This document shows positions 9,007-19,212 of a stretch of 52,380 nucleotides of DNA, one piece after another. Every line of letters starts with the position of its first letter. Position 1 is the stretch's first letter. Origin of the DNA: Candidatus Micrarchaeota archaeon. GTDB lineage: Archaea > Micrarchaeota > Micrarchaeia > Micrarchaeales > CABMGC01. A model generated the notes under the pieces. That model worked only from the letters and a program-made list of their open reading frames with translations, searched no databases and had not been told where the DNA came from. The translations under genes and the position numbers were made by a program. The stretch spans positions 1-52,380 of the forward strand of contig JAKAUU010000008.1 in NCBI GenBank assembly GCA_021817505.1, in the 5' to 3' direction.

Positions 9007-12000
9007 CTATGCTCCCTTCCTCTTTGGCAGCTTCTTCTTTGCACCTGTCTTCCTTGTTGCAAAAAGCAGCAGTCCCATTATTACTGCCCCTAACATTATG
9101 TAAATGTATCCTATGTTTCCGTAGGAGAGCAGTACGGCTCCGATCAATACATTCTGCTGGGTGCTTGTAGGCGCCCACGAGTAATCAGTTACGTAGAAGT
9201 TATCATTTGTTCCGCCATAACTGACGTTATATGCATACGCTATAGGAGACTGCTTTGCGGGCAGCGGTTCGGGAGTCAGTGATGACAATGATGAAGTGGT
9301 AGGCAGTTTTGTGAGCGAGCTGGACACTGATGGGGCACCGTAGAATACCGCCTGTATGTTCGCCTCGCCATTGCCGCATGAGGTTATCGTCTTTGAGAAC
9401 TGCCCATTCGCGTTTGTGGTTGCCGTTCCTATAAGCCCAAGCTGCGATGTGCATAGGCCCGTTCCGTTATAGAAGACTGGGTAGCACCACTGTATATGCC
9501 CGCCTAAGGAAGGAGTGCACGTGGTTGGCATTTTGTCTGCCCCATATATGTTGCAGCTGTATGTCACCGGCTGCAGCAAGCTGTTCGGAGCAGCAAGGCA
9601 CGATCCTGAAGAGCCTGTGGATGCCTGATATGTTGCAAGGTATGCGTTTGGATTTGGAGTTGTTCCTCCATAGAGCCAGCCCGGTTTTGCAAGCTGGCAG
9701 TTTCCTGGAACGTTGGCTCCGAAACCAAAGGCACAAAGCTGCACATTTGCAGGATCCGTGTAAGGGTTGTAATTCTGGAAGCCCAGATTCGTGTCGTAAT
9801 AGAGATATACTGTCCCTCCCCGCATAGGGATTGCATTGGTGCTGAACGGAGGAGTATAATTAAGGCTTCCGCTTATCGTAAGGGTCGTCTGGTTTGAATT
9901 GCTTGAATCTACTGAAGGAGTGAGCGTCAGGCCTACCTGCGTTTGATTTGCGATATCCAGATCCATAGGTATGTATATGTTATTGTCAAACCTGTCGTTT
10001 AGCACCAGCACTATCCTATGGTATCCGTAAGGATCGGTAAGCAGTCCTGGAGCCCCTATCCCGTTGCCGGTGAAGTTCAGGAAGGTGTAATTAGAATAGA
10101 CCATATCCTGATAGAAATTGAACAGTGTTACTGCGTTGGGGAAGGTGTTTGACGCTTCATATGTGAAGACGTTCGGCACATTCTTGCCGGAAGCGGAGAG
10201 CAAAGACGATGCGGCTGAACCTAGTGATATGGATGTCATGCATACTGTACCTACGCAAGGAAGTATTGCAGATAATCCAGGAACAGAGGATCCCGGGACA
10301 GTGGCAATTGCTTCGTAGTAAGGGTCCAGGTTTAATCCTCCCTGCGTGTTGTGCTGTATGCCGTATGCAATGGTACGTATCGCATTCGTTGTGATCTGCT
10401 TGTTTGTCTGGAATCCGATGGAGTAGTTGGCATAAACCGTGCCGAAGATCCTGTTTGAGAATATGTTCAGCAGCAGGTCTTTTGGAACTATTGTTGCGTT
10501 GAGCGCCTGCTGGTAGAATGTCCCATTAAGTATATACTGTGCATATGATAGGCCGCCCTCTATAGGCGCTGTGAGCGCAGGGGAGGTGACTGGAGCGCTA
10601 TGGGCCCCTGTGGAGAAGAGTGTTGTTAATGTTGTCCAGGTCCTGCTTATGTCAAATGGAGGCAGTGTCGCAGGCTTTGTAAAGCACCAGTATACGGTTG
10701 CAGTTGGAAGCACCTGCGGATCGTTAGGTGACTGTTGGATCTGCTGCTGAGTCTGGAATGTAGCTTCGTAAGGGACAACGGAGTAGCCTGACAGGAAGCT
10801 CTGCAGCTTTGTCTGCTCGCCTGCCGCCACCTGGCTCGGGGATATCGCTGCTGGAGGAGATGTTGCGGTTGTTCCCTGGTTTATTATGCTCCCGAGCTCA
10901 CTCTCGTATTTTGACTGGGTAGCGCTATAGCTCGAGGTTTGCTGTGACGTTCCTCCCGTGCCTGAGAATGTAGATGATAGGTATTCAGCATATGTTAAGG
11001 TCTTGAGCGAACCTATATTCTCAGTATAATTGAATGGGCTTGAAAGCAGGAGTATCGGGCTCTCGAAAGAGTTGATGTTATTGTCCTTTATGCAGAGGTT
11101 CGGATTTGTAACTCCTGATGGCAGAGTTAATGCATGGTGTGTATTTACGTCCATGTAGCATACGGACTGGTTTAGTATAGGAGGTCCTTTCTGGCTTAGG
11201 AACTGCGTGTAGTTTTCAAGGTTGAACTGCGTGAATATAAGCTCGCCGTATTTGTTAGCGGTTACCTGGCCAGAGTTCAAGTTCTGCGGAGATATGAATA
11301 GAATTCCGACAGTATTGTTAAAACTTATTGAGAGGCCCAAACCTGATAATGGCTCAAACCCGCAGCCATATGCGCCAAGGTTAGGGTCTATGGTTACGAG
11401 AAGTGCATTGTTGCAGGTCATTCCGCTGATTGCAGGTCCGAGAGGCCAGTAGTTGCTGTTTTTTGAGTATGAACTTGGGATAGCGGCGCACGTATTGCTG
11501 TTGCTCCACGAGTCAAGTCCGCAAAGGTTAATTATGGTAGATGAGCTACTGGTGCCATCCGACAAGCTGCCGGCAACCATCCAGCCGAATGGAGGGTATA
11601 ATCCACCGCTCTGGTTTCCAGTATAGTGCTGGTATGTTGGCAGGTTAGTCTTGGAATTGGTGCCTGACTGATACCATATGTCATTATATCTTGTCGGATT
11701 TATCGGCACGTCCTCTCCTGTCGAGTTTATCACGCGGAGCATAAGCGTATCGAAGTTTGCAGTATTCGACTTCCAGCAAGGGTTGAATAGCCATAAGTGC
11801 AACTGGAAATTGCAGGTGCCCCCTATTCCGCCATACCAGTTATCAAGAACGTAGAGGTAGCCGTTTACATCCTGTATAGCTACGGGATGGTGATAGTTGG
11901 GCGTGTCAAGCTGCGATATACCTGCACTCTTGAATTTGTTTATGATGCTTGCAACTCCATTATTATTAGTGGTATTTAATCCATAGAAGCCTCCGTTAGC

Positions 12001-15000
12001 TATGAATTCAGTTATGTTTACATTAGGAATATTGTTGTTCTTGGAGGAGCTGCTGGAAGCCGATGAAACTACAGTCTGCCCTCCCTGATAGGTTATGCCA
12101 AGAGGTGCAACGTCTGAAGAATAGACTAGATTGTAAGTGTTGAGGTATTTTAGCGTCTCCCCTGAGAATACGTATATATTGCTGCTCTTCTGGCTCGCTA
12201 TAAATACCAGCTTTCCATCAGGGGACACTGTTATTTCAGTAGGATTGATCGGCTTTCCATTATTATCCTCAGGTACCTGCCCGTTCGCAAGTGTGAGTAT
12301 TGTGCCTGTTATGACCGGATTTCCGCTCTCCGCCCCGGTTATCTTTATAAGCCATGGTGAATTGCCCGCACATACGTCCATCACCCCCACTATGTAGATG
12401 TTGCCTTCAGAGTCTGCAGAGATGTTCATTGGGGAGAAGCCGCTGCCTTTTATCCAGCAGCTTGCATACGAGAACCATGTTTTTGCTGCTATGCAACTGC
12501 CGATATTTCCGCTGCAGCCTATTGGATCGAATATGCACTGTGTGGCCAGGCCGGATACAGAGCAGCCTGCTTGGGATAAGCCTGAAGATACCTGCGAATT
12601 GTAAGTGCTTTTTGCAGAGCTCAGCTGAGAAGCTATTATCGCAGGGGTCAAAGGTATCTGCTGTATCACATATGTGTTCGCGCTCTGCAGCTTTATCAGG
12701 CTGGTCCAGTAGGTCTTCCAGTCGGAATTCCAGACATTCTGGCACGATACGCTTCCGGAGCATACGCTTGATGCAGGCTTTGTGGAAGAAAGCAGTGCAG
12801 TATCCTGGGTAGTCACTGTATCTACTACATTAGGTATCGTGTTTGGGGGAAGTATCGTATTGTTATAGTAACCCGTATTCATTACGCGCATTATGTATAT
12901 GCTGTTTGTGGCACCCGCATAATTGTTTACGCTGGGTTGCTGCGGATTAATCGATTGCCCTGTAATCTTCTGGGCCCATGATACTAGTGAAGAAGCTGCG
13001 GAGGACGCACTTCCTGTTGAAGAGATCTCGCCGCTTATTATCGAATATGGAGTGGATCCTGAAGAGGACGCCTGTACGGATTGCACTACTCCGAAATTCA
13101 ACAGATCAGACTCTGCCACTGAGTTTGTTGTGTAATAGCTCAACGGCTCGTTGTTTTTCAGACCGTACATTAGTGCATTGAAGGTTGCAAGAGTTGCCCC
13201 GTTTGCACTTGCAGAGAGCTTAAATGCATCGGAAGTGGCAGTCTCTCCCTGGCTTTGCGAAGAATACTCAGGTGTGCCATCAGGAGCAGTGCATGGAGAT
13301 GACGGTATCTTTACATTTACCTTTAGACCTCCGTTAGAACCGCTGCCCTGAATCGACGCTATGCCTAGTGGATTGTTGTATATAAAATCGGATCCGGTGC
13401 TTCCATATGACTGCGCTATGGCTGCAAGCAAGGCTTCATTGTTAGTGGTGTCCTGCACGCCCATGTCTGATAGTGCACTCCGTATGAAATTCTCAAGGCT
13501 GCTGCTTTGGGAGGGCTGTGTTATCGTACATGACGAAGAGGTAGTTTGTACTTTTGGAGGTTTTATCGTATTTGAAAGCACGAAGATATAATCGTTCGGA
13601 GTTGATGCTATGGACAAAGGATTCTTCATTATGACCATTGCGTTTGGAGTGTCTGAGCCTGCAGTAGCCAATTGCTGGGCAGATGCCCCGTAGCCGTATA
13701 GTTTCGGCTCGCCCAGAGCAGGATATTCTATAGGCTCTGTCTGCATCGTGTTTACAATCATGTTAGGCATCGCATATGCTGAAAGGAAGGTTTTGCTGTT
13801 AAGCGTGCTGCTAAATGAGAAGAAACATCCGATAGACCCGAAGAACCCGGTATTCCCTGAATTACAGTTTTGCTGATATTTGTTAGTGTTGTAGGAGGCC
13901 ATGAAGATCTGAGGCGTGCTTATGTTTATTGGTATCTCGCTTGTTTTGGGGTTGTTATAGTTATATGGACTGTATGCGGCATATGAAAGCTGGTCAAGTG
14001 TATAGATATTATTGCCAAGAGACGGGTTCAGAACCTTGAAATTGTATAGTATGTATGGCAGGAAGTTTGTATTGAAAGTTGCGTTCTTTCCAGGAGTCTT
14101 CGAATTGGCAGGAGGTGCAGTCTGGTAGACGTATGGTATCTGCGTATTCTGTATACTCTGCAATGTTGTAGATATCGTATATTTGTAAGTATAAGTGCAT
14201 GCAACAGGATATACCTCAAATGGAGGGGTGTAACCTATCCCAGGGGCAATATATGGGATATAACCTGAGGCAAGGCAGCTGCCTCCTATACTCGGTACAG
14301 GAACTCCTCCAAGTACGCAGGTGCTTTTTGTTATAGCAGGTGCACTGGCAAAGTCGGCATACGCTGCGACCCAGGACCATAGGCCATGCTGCGGATTTGA
14401 TGGCACTCCAGAGAATATGTTTGTGTTTGAATCATAAGCAGTAGATATTGCACCGGATTGAAGCTGTGGGGAGTATGCGACATCCTTGAGAACCATTTTT
14501 GCAGTATTTTCAGTGGATATGTTTGAATAACCGTGTGCAAGATCGAATAGTGAAAATGAATAATGCTGCGTGTATACGAGATCCGATGGCAGAGCTGCTG
14601 CAGCTGAACCTAGTGAGTATGCCTGGCAGACATCACCTGCTACGAACGGTTCTGCACCTGATACGAAGTAAATATCAGTTGTTGGGTTTGTCGGAGGGGT
14701 TTGAGGGCAGGTCTCCATCCACGCTGCATTCTTCTGATTATACGCAGCTACCTGCGCAGCTGGAGACACATATGGATTCCCTATATAGGGCAATGAGGTG
14801 TGCAGATTGCCTGTGTTGGTCAGGGTTGTTGAGAGTGAAGAGGTGTATGTAGTAAGAAAAGGGCAGTAATAAGAAATAGTAAACGCACCTCCCGTGCCTG
14901 TGGCGCCTCCGCTTATGTGTATAATTGGAGTATACTCGCAGACAGTAGTTGCGGCTGTGCTTAATGCACCGCCATTTCCAGAAGATGCATAAGCAACATT

Positions 15001-15063
15001 GAGGATTAATGAGCATAATAAGAACATTATTGTTCCGAGGGATAATAGCTTCCTCTTATGCAT
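9007..15063 (-). CDS. Giant (2018 aa) secreted cell-surface protein, a candidate S-layer or envelope glycoprotein, with a signal peptide and a single C-terminal TM anchor
   Basis: Uninterrupted 6 kb ORF. N-terminal MHKRKLLSLGTIMFLLCSLILNVAYA looks like a Sec signal. Composition is rich in S/T/N/G/Y with many N-x-S/T sequons. Strands resembling a beta-propeller or NHL repeat include EGNIYIVGV, DGKLVFIASQKSSNIYVFSG and VNGYLYVLDNWYGG. The C-terminus is IYIMLGAVIMGLLLFATRKTGAKKKLPKRKGA. Confidence 0.8.
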   Translation of the reverse strand: MHKRKLLSLGTIMFLLCSLILNVAYASSGNGGALSTAATTVCEYTPIIHISGGATGTGGAFTISYYCPFLTTYTSSLSTTLTNTGNLHTSLPYIGNPYVSPAAQVAAYNQKNAAWMETCPQTPPTNPTTDIYFVSGAEPFVAGDVCQAYSLGSAAAALPSDLVYTQHYSFSLFDLAHGYSNISTENTAKMVLKDVAYSPQLQSGAISTAYDSNTNIFSGVPSNPQHGLWSWVAAYADFASAPAITKSTCVLGGVPVPSIGGSCLASGYIPYIAPGIGYTPPFEVYPVACTYTYKYTISTTLQSIQNTQIPYVYQTAPPANSKTPGKNATFNTNFLPYILYNFKVLNPSLGNNIYTLDQLSYAAYSPYNYNNPKTSEIPINISTPQIFMASYNTNKYQQNCNSGNTGFFGSIGCFFSFSSTLNSKTFLSAYAMPNMIVNTMQTEPIEYPALGEPKLYGYGASAQQLATAGSDTPNAMVIMKNPLSIASTPNDYIFVLSNTIKPPKVQTTSSSCTITQPSQSSSLENFIRSALSDMGVQDTTNNEALLAAIAQSYGSTGSDFIYNNPLGIASIQGSGSNGGLKVNVKIPSSPCTAPDGTPEYSSQSQGETATSDAFKLSASANGATLATFNALMYGLKNNEPLSYYTTNSVAESDLLNFGVVQSVQASSSGSTPYSIISGEISSTGSASSAASSLVSWAQKITGQSINPQQPSVNNYAGATNSIYIMRVMNTGYYNNTILPPNTIPNVVDTVTTQDTALLSSTKPASSVCSGSVSCQNVWNSDWKTYWTSLIKLQSANTYVIQQIPLTPAIIASQLSSAKSTYNSQVSSGLSQAGCSVSGLATQCIFDPIGCSGNIGSCIAAKTWFSYASCWIKGSGFSPMNISADSEGNIYIVGVMDVCAGNSPWLIKITGAESGNPVITGTILTLANGQVPEDNNGKPINPTEITVSPDGKLVFIASQKSSNIYVFSGETLKYLNTYNLVYSSDVAPLGITYQGGQTVVSSASSSSSKNNNIPNVNITEFIANGGFYGLNTTNNNGVASIINKFKSAGISQLDTPNYHHPVAIQDVNGYLYVLDNWYGGIGGTCNFQLHLWLFNPCWKSNTANFDTLMLRVINSTGEDVPINPTRYNDIWYQSGTNSKTNLPTYQHYTGNQSGGLYPPFGWMVAGSLSDGTSSSSTIINLCGLDSWSNSNTCAAIPSSYSKNSNYWPLGPAISGMTCNNALLVTIDPNLGAYGCGFEPLSGLGLSISFNNTVGILFISPQNLNSGQVTANKYGELIFTQFNLENYTQFLSQKGPPILNQSVCYMDVNTHHALTLPSGVTNPNLCIKDNNINSFESPILLLSSPFNYTENIGSLKTLTYAEYLSSTFSGTGGTSQQTSSYSATQSKYESELGSIINQGTTATSPPAAISPSQVAAGEQTKLQSFLSGYSVVPYEATFQTQQQIQQSPNDPQVLPTATVYWCFTKPATLPPFDISRTWTTLTTLFSTGAHSAPVTSPALTAPIEGGLSYAQYILNGTFYQQALNATIVPKDLLLNIFSNRIFGTVYANYSIGFQTNKQITTNAIRTIAYGIQHNTQGGLNLDPYYEAIATVPGSSVPGLSAILPCVGTVCMTSISLGSAASSLLSASGKNVPNVFTYEASNTFPNAVTLFNFYQDMVYSNYTFLNFTGNGIGAPGLLTDPYGYHRIVLVLNDRFDNNIYIPMDLDIANQTQVGLTLTPSVDSSNSNQTTLTISGSLNYTPPFSTNAIPMRGGTVYLYYDTNLGFQNYNPYTDPANVQLCAFGFGANVPGNCQLAKPGWLYGGTTPNPNAYLATYQASTGSSGSCLAAPNSLLQPVTYSCNIYGADKMPTTCTPSLGGHIQWCYPVFYNGTGLCTSQLGLIGTATTNANGQFSKTITSCGNGEANIQAVFYGAPSVSSSLTKLPTTSSLSSLTPEPLPAKQSPIAYAYNVSYGGTNDNFYVTDYSWAPTSTQQNVLIGAVLLSYGNIGYIYIMLGAVIMGLLLFATRKTGAKKKLPKRKGA

Positions 15064-15090
15064 CGTATCAACGGCGATTTTATTATTGGC

Positions 15091-15106
15091 TATATATATT
15101 TATAAT
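15091..15106. promoter_or_regulatory. TATA-rich element in the divergent intergenic region upstream of the giant ORF
   Basis: tatatatatttataat lies about 28-43 nt upstream of the ATG at 15063, which fits an archaeal box A with a short leader. Confidence 0.35.
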
Positions 15107-15248
15107 GATGCACTTGGCTACTTTCAGGCTTATTTATACCCTGTTTTTAGCATAATGGTTAATGCAACTGGATAATCAACGAAATCAGAGTTTTTCAGCC
15201 TATGCATATGATTTTAAGATTTAATGTATTACTTTTAGTGTTGATAAA

Positions 15249-15635
15249 ATGGCAAAGAATGCAAGAAGTAAGATGGAAAAGCCTGGAAATGCGGCTGCAT
15301 ACTGGCTTCAGCTGATAGGAAGCCTCATCTTCCTAGGTTTGATCTTTTGGGGCGGGATTGGAACACAGTATAATGTGTCATCCTGGAATGCCCTCGGGGG
15401 AGGTCTTTGGCTACCCATATTGTTCTCTTTCGGAGTAGTGGCGTCGATAGCATTGTTCTTCGTGAGCATAGCGAATTTGGCCAGCCCGGGAGGCATATAT
15501 AGATATGGCGGGATGCAGCTTGCATCCGTTGCAGGGATATGCATTGCAGCCATGACATACGGCTCATCAGGCTATTTCTGGGCAGCGATAGCAGGGTTCG
15601 TAGTTTCAGTAATAGGAGGCATCTTCACCAGATAG
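15249..15635 (+). CDS. Small integral membrane protein (about 4 TM), function unknown
   Basis: Four hydrophobic Gly-rich segments and a clean ORF between two large - strand genes. Confidence 0.55.
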   Translation: MAKNARSKMEKPGNAAAYWLQLIGSLIFLGLIFWGGIGTQYNVSSWNALGGGLWLPILFSFGVVASIALFFVSIANLASPGGIYRYGGMQLASVAGICIAAMTYGSSGYFWAAIAGFVVSVIGGIFTR

Positions 15636-15726
15636 CCTTCCTTCTGCCTTAATTTCTTTTCTTTTTTCCTTTTTTAGCCTCTTATTTGTCCGTAGCATTA
15701 GCGTTTGCCGGCCACTCTGCGCTGCC

Positions 15727-18540
15727 TCATTTAACTGCAGAATTATTTATTGAATTGGATGCGCTTGCATTTTTGCTTGTAATCGTATTTGCCTGGCTTG
15801 AAATTATGCTGTTTGAAGACGATGCATTTATGGTAGAGGATTTTACAGTCGTGTTTGCCGATGTTTTTATCGATGCCGTTCCTGTTGGAACCGTGCCTGT
15901 TACGTTGTAGAGTATCTTGAAGATCTTCGTGTCTGGATTGGCATATATGAGCTGCATCGCGGTATCGTTGTTGTTCCATGCACATTCAGAGCTTGAGCAC
16001 ATGAACAGAAACTTTGCCATGTTGGTGTTTGCAAGATAGCTGCTAAGGATATATGCGCCCGTTATGTTGACTGGGAAGCCTGGCCTTGGAACCATCGAAT
16101 ACATTATTACAAGCATGTTTCCACTGGTCTGGTTGAAGTAAGTCGGTTTTATTATCGTAAAGTTAGCGGTATCCTGATTGTAGAAGTCGACGGTCGTGAA
16201 TGGGGAGATCTGCTCCTGGCCGGTATTAAGCGTATTGTAAAGTATGTATGCTTTCAGATCGGCTGCGGAATTGTTCCTTGGAAGCGACGCCACGACAGTG
16301 ATGCCCTGAGGGTTGGAGAGTTTGAATAGTTCCGTTGTAGAATTAATATTCTCGCTGAACTCGTTAAGCAGTATGGAACCGTATAATGATGCATTATTGG
16401 TAAGATTGGATTCTGTGTATATGCCCTGAGTCTCTATCATCCAGGTGTATCTCGCTATGAGATAATTGGGTTTTCCGTTTATTGGGCTTGCAAGGAACTG
16501 CGGATCTGAGCTTGAATTGAATAGCCATGCTGCAAAAGGATCCGCTTTGCTCCCGTTCTGGGAACCTACGCTATCGGTGACACTTGTCCTGTTTGCCCAT
16601 CCCTCAACTACGCTCCCATCAGGCCATAATGTGAGTACTACGCTGTTTGCAGGGGAGTTGTTCTTGAACCAGGTCATCGCGCTCAGGAATTGCGGGTTTA
16701 TGTTGTCTGCCTGGGAAAGGCTGTTTGCGTATATCCCATCAGAGTACAGCAGCGCTATTATGAATATCAATACCATGATTGCGGCAACGGCAAGAACCAG
16801 ATATTTTGTATTGGCAGTGTGCTTTTCTCCTTTGCCGAAAGAATAGTACACGTAAATTATTGGGAGCAGCACCGCGAGTATGCCGAATACTGCTATGTCT
16901 GCTGCATAACCTACATTAGATACTGAATTAGTAACTGCCTGGTAGTTCGAGCCGTATATTACAGGCGCAAGCATTGAACCGGATGCATACTGGAACGAGC
17001 TCATGATTGTAGAGCTGAATAGCGATAGCAGAAGTGCCACTGCCAGAATTAACTCCGCTGAAAATACAAAATACTTCATGTTTTCCTTAGATGCGCCTTT
17101 TATCGCAGATATGAGCCAGTATATGGTATAAGCCGAGAATAATGCAAGAGGTATGGATACGAGAGAATTGAATCGTATCGCATTTATCTGCAGATAGGCA
17201 GTTACCGAGAAGTATGCTATCATTATTAGCATGCCTACGTTGAGCCCGAAGGCCACCTTTGCCTTCCCTTTAAGGAAGCCGTTTGAATCAAATACCTGCA
17301 TGAACAGATACGGAATCATCAAGAGTGCGGCCACAACCCATATCAACGCCTTCGACACTGCGGTCCCGGCGCCCAGATACATTATTATCGACATAGGGTT
17401 TATGAAAAGGGTGTTCCCAAAACTTGCGTAGAGGAATGCGGCAGTAGGAGGCTGAAGCTCCTGGATAGTTGCTGCGAAGTTGCTCGTTATTATAAAGCCG
17501 TTTCCAACGAATATCTGATATACGAACTGACTGTCTACTGCGAATATGCAAGCGACTCCTATTAACAATACGAGCAACGCCACTATGAATCTTGTAATTG
17601 ATGAGTCCATGAATGATTTGTAATTGTTCCTGTTCTCCATCAGATATTTGGCGATCAGCCAGCTTACTACCGAGAGTGCAAGCAGGGAGAGCATGTTTAC
17701 TCCTGTGAAGGTCTGCTTCACGAAGAATCCTGCAAAAATATATGCGTTTACAAGAACATACCATAAAGCTAGAGCAGCTACTAAATACTTCGAATCCTCA
17801 AGCAGATCCCTCTTGTCAAGGACGAAGGATGCGAATATGACAATAGCTATCATTACCATATATACGGCAGTTGCAAAAGGGGCCCCGTTCCATACGTAAT
17901 TGCAGAGGCTTAGGAAGACTGCAGACAGTATTGCGTAAAATGCCTTTTTCTTGTCGAATTCCAATTTGTGTATCTTGTGCCTGTGCTTCTCTTCGGATTC
18001 GCTCTTCAATAGCATGCCTGCAAATACTAGGGCCAGTATCAGGAAGATCGTTACGAAGCCGTCTCCTCGGTATATGAGCGCACTGGTCCTTGCGGCATCG
18101 CCCATGCTAAGGGCCACGAAGAGCATTGACAGTATGCCGAATAGCTTGTCCTTTGTAACGAGCCTTGCAAGCAGGTAAGCACCTAGCACGTCAAATATTG
18201 CAAAGAGCAGCGGCACCAGGCGCATCACAGTGTAATAGCTCACGCCGAAGAACTGAAGGAAGAAGTATGGGAACAGGGTCACCATATAGAGCCCGTTCGG
18301 CTCCAGGACCACTGTCGGATGCGGATATCCTGATATATGCAGGTATTTCGGTATCTGGAAGTTGTTATTTACTGCTGCCCTTATTACGGAAAAGTGGTAG
18401 AAGCCGTCAGGTTCGTAAAAGCCCTGATAGCTGAGCATCGTGTTTCTGAATATTATTGTCAGATAGATTATAACCAGGGTTACTGCAATCAGAATAATGA
18501 GCTGTACCCATCTTGAATCTAGAAAATCTTTCAATCCCAT
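15727..18540 (-). CDS. aglB: Oligosaccharyltransferase AglB/STT3-like (GT-C fold)
   Basis: About 13 N-terminal TM helices plus a large C-terminal soluble domain. The first-loop acidic motif is YEPDGFYHF. LTLWPDGSVVEGW sits where WWDYG would be. The C-terminal tail is rich in S/T/N. Confidence 0.7.
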   Translation of the reverse strand: MGLKDFLDSRWVQLIILIAVTLVIIYLTIIFRNTMLSYQGFYEPDGFYHFSVIRAAVNNNFQIPKYLHISGYPHPTVVLEPNGLYMVTLFPYFFLQFFGVSYYTVMRLVPLLFAIFDVLGAYLLARLVTKDKLFGILSMLFVALSMGDAARTSALIYRGDGFVTIFLILALVFAGMLLKSESEEKHRHKIHKLEFDKKKAFYAILSAVFLSLCNYVWNGAPFATAVYMVMIAIVIFASFVLDKRDLLEDSKYLVAALALWYVLVNAYIFAGFFVKQTFTGVNMLSLLALSVVSWLIAKYLMENRNNYKSFMDSSITRFIVALLVLLIGVACIFAVDSQFVYQIFVGNGFIITSNFAATIQELQPPTAAFLYASFGNTLFINPMSIIMYLGAGTAVSKALIWVVAALLMIPYLFMQVFDSNGFLKGKAKVAFGLNVGMLIMIAYFSVTAYLQINAIRFNSLVSIPLALFSAYTIYWLISAIKGASKENMKYFVFSAELILAVALLLSLFSSTIMSSFQYASGSMLAPVIYGSNYQAVTNSVSNVGYAADIAVFGILAVLLPIIYVYYSFGKGEKHTANTKYLVLAVAAIMVLIFIIALLYSDGIYANSLSQADNINPQFLSAMTWFKNNSPANSVVLTLWPDGSVVEGWANRTSVTDSVGSQNGSKADPFAAWLFNSSSDPQFLASPINGKPNYLIARYTWMIETQGIYTESNLTNNASLYGSILLNEFSENINSTTELFKLSNPQGITVVASLPRNNSAADLKAYILYNTLNTGQEQISPFTTVDFYNQDTANFTIIKPTYFNQTSGNMLVIMYSMVPRPGFPVNITGAYILSSYLANTNMAKFLFMCSSSECAWNNNDTAMQLIYANPDTKIFKILYNVTGTVPTGTASIKTSANTTVKSSTINASSSNSIISSQANTITSKNASASNSINNSAVK

Positions 18541-18617
18541 GATCTGTTCCCTATGGCCGTATAGACGTAGTTTAAGTTAATAATTTAAAATTACAGAAAT
18601 GATATTGTGTGTAAACA

Positions 18618-19211
18618 TTAAATAGGTTTATGCCGTTTTTCGTTTTCGGGTTTTCTGGCAAATACAAGATATGCAGTATGCCAAAGCCCCTTTGTAGAGG
18701 GACGCATCCCCTCCTTTCTCACCAGCATCTCCCTGACTATTACCTCCACGGTATGTATGTCGGAAAAATGCAGCTTCTCAAGTTTTGAGGCAAACCTCTG
18801 AACCTGCTCCATGTGCGGCAGATATCCCACCACCGTGCCGTTTTCCGCAAGGGCCTTCTTCGCGTTGGAGAGCGCCTTCTCAGAAGACGGCAGATCCAGC
18901 ACGACCAGGTCAAGGTTTCGCTCGTTTATCTTCTGGAAGACATCCTGGTTCCTGAACTCTATGTTCGTTAGCCCGAGAGAGTCTGCATTCCTCTGCGCTA
19001 TAGCTATGAACTCTGTCCTCAGGTCGTAGCTGTAGACCTTTTTGCATATTCTTGCAAGCGATACTGCAAGCCAGCCGCTGCCTGTGCCTGCATCCATGCA
19101 TACGCTCTCCTTGCTTACCCCCGAGTATGCGAGTATGATGCCTATGTCTTTAGGCAGCATCACCTGTGGACCGCGCTTGAGTTTCCTGTAGATCTTAGGA
19201 TATATGAACAT
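18618..19211 (-). CDS. trmI: SAM-dependent tRNA (adenine-N1) methyltransferase, TrmI/GCD14-like, short form
   Basis: Motif I is MDAGTGSGWLA and the catalytic-domain layout is TrmI-like. The N-terminal domain seen in longer TrmI proteins appears to be missing. The gene starts 1 nt after the topA stop. Confidence 0.6.
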   Translation of the reverse strand: MFIYPKIYRKLKRGPQVMLPKDIGIILAYSGVSKESVCMDAGTGSGWLAVSLARICKKVYSYDLRTEFIAIAQRNADSLGLTNIEFRNQDVFQKINERNLDLVVLDLPSSEKALSNAKKALAENGTVVGYLPHMEQVQRFASKLEKLHFSDIHTVEVIVREMLVRKEGMRPSTKGLWHTAYLVFARKPENEKRHKPI

Positions 19212-19212
19212 G

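Noticed and set aside
8534-9103. 189-aa + strand ORF, plus many similar long ORFs antisense to confident genes (for example 19367..20083, 20087..20719, 33607..34203, 34545..35123, 41793..42305, 45793..46269, 47651..48076, and all ORFs nested in 9007..15063 and 15727..18540)
   Set aside because: They lie entirely opposite genes with strong family signatures. Their composition is low-complexity and rich in Ser, Leu, Cys and Arg, which is typical of antisense shadow frames.
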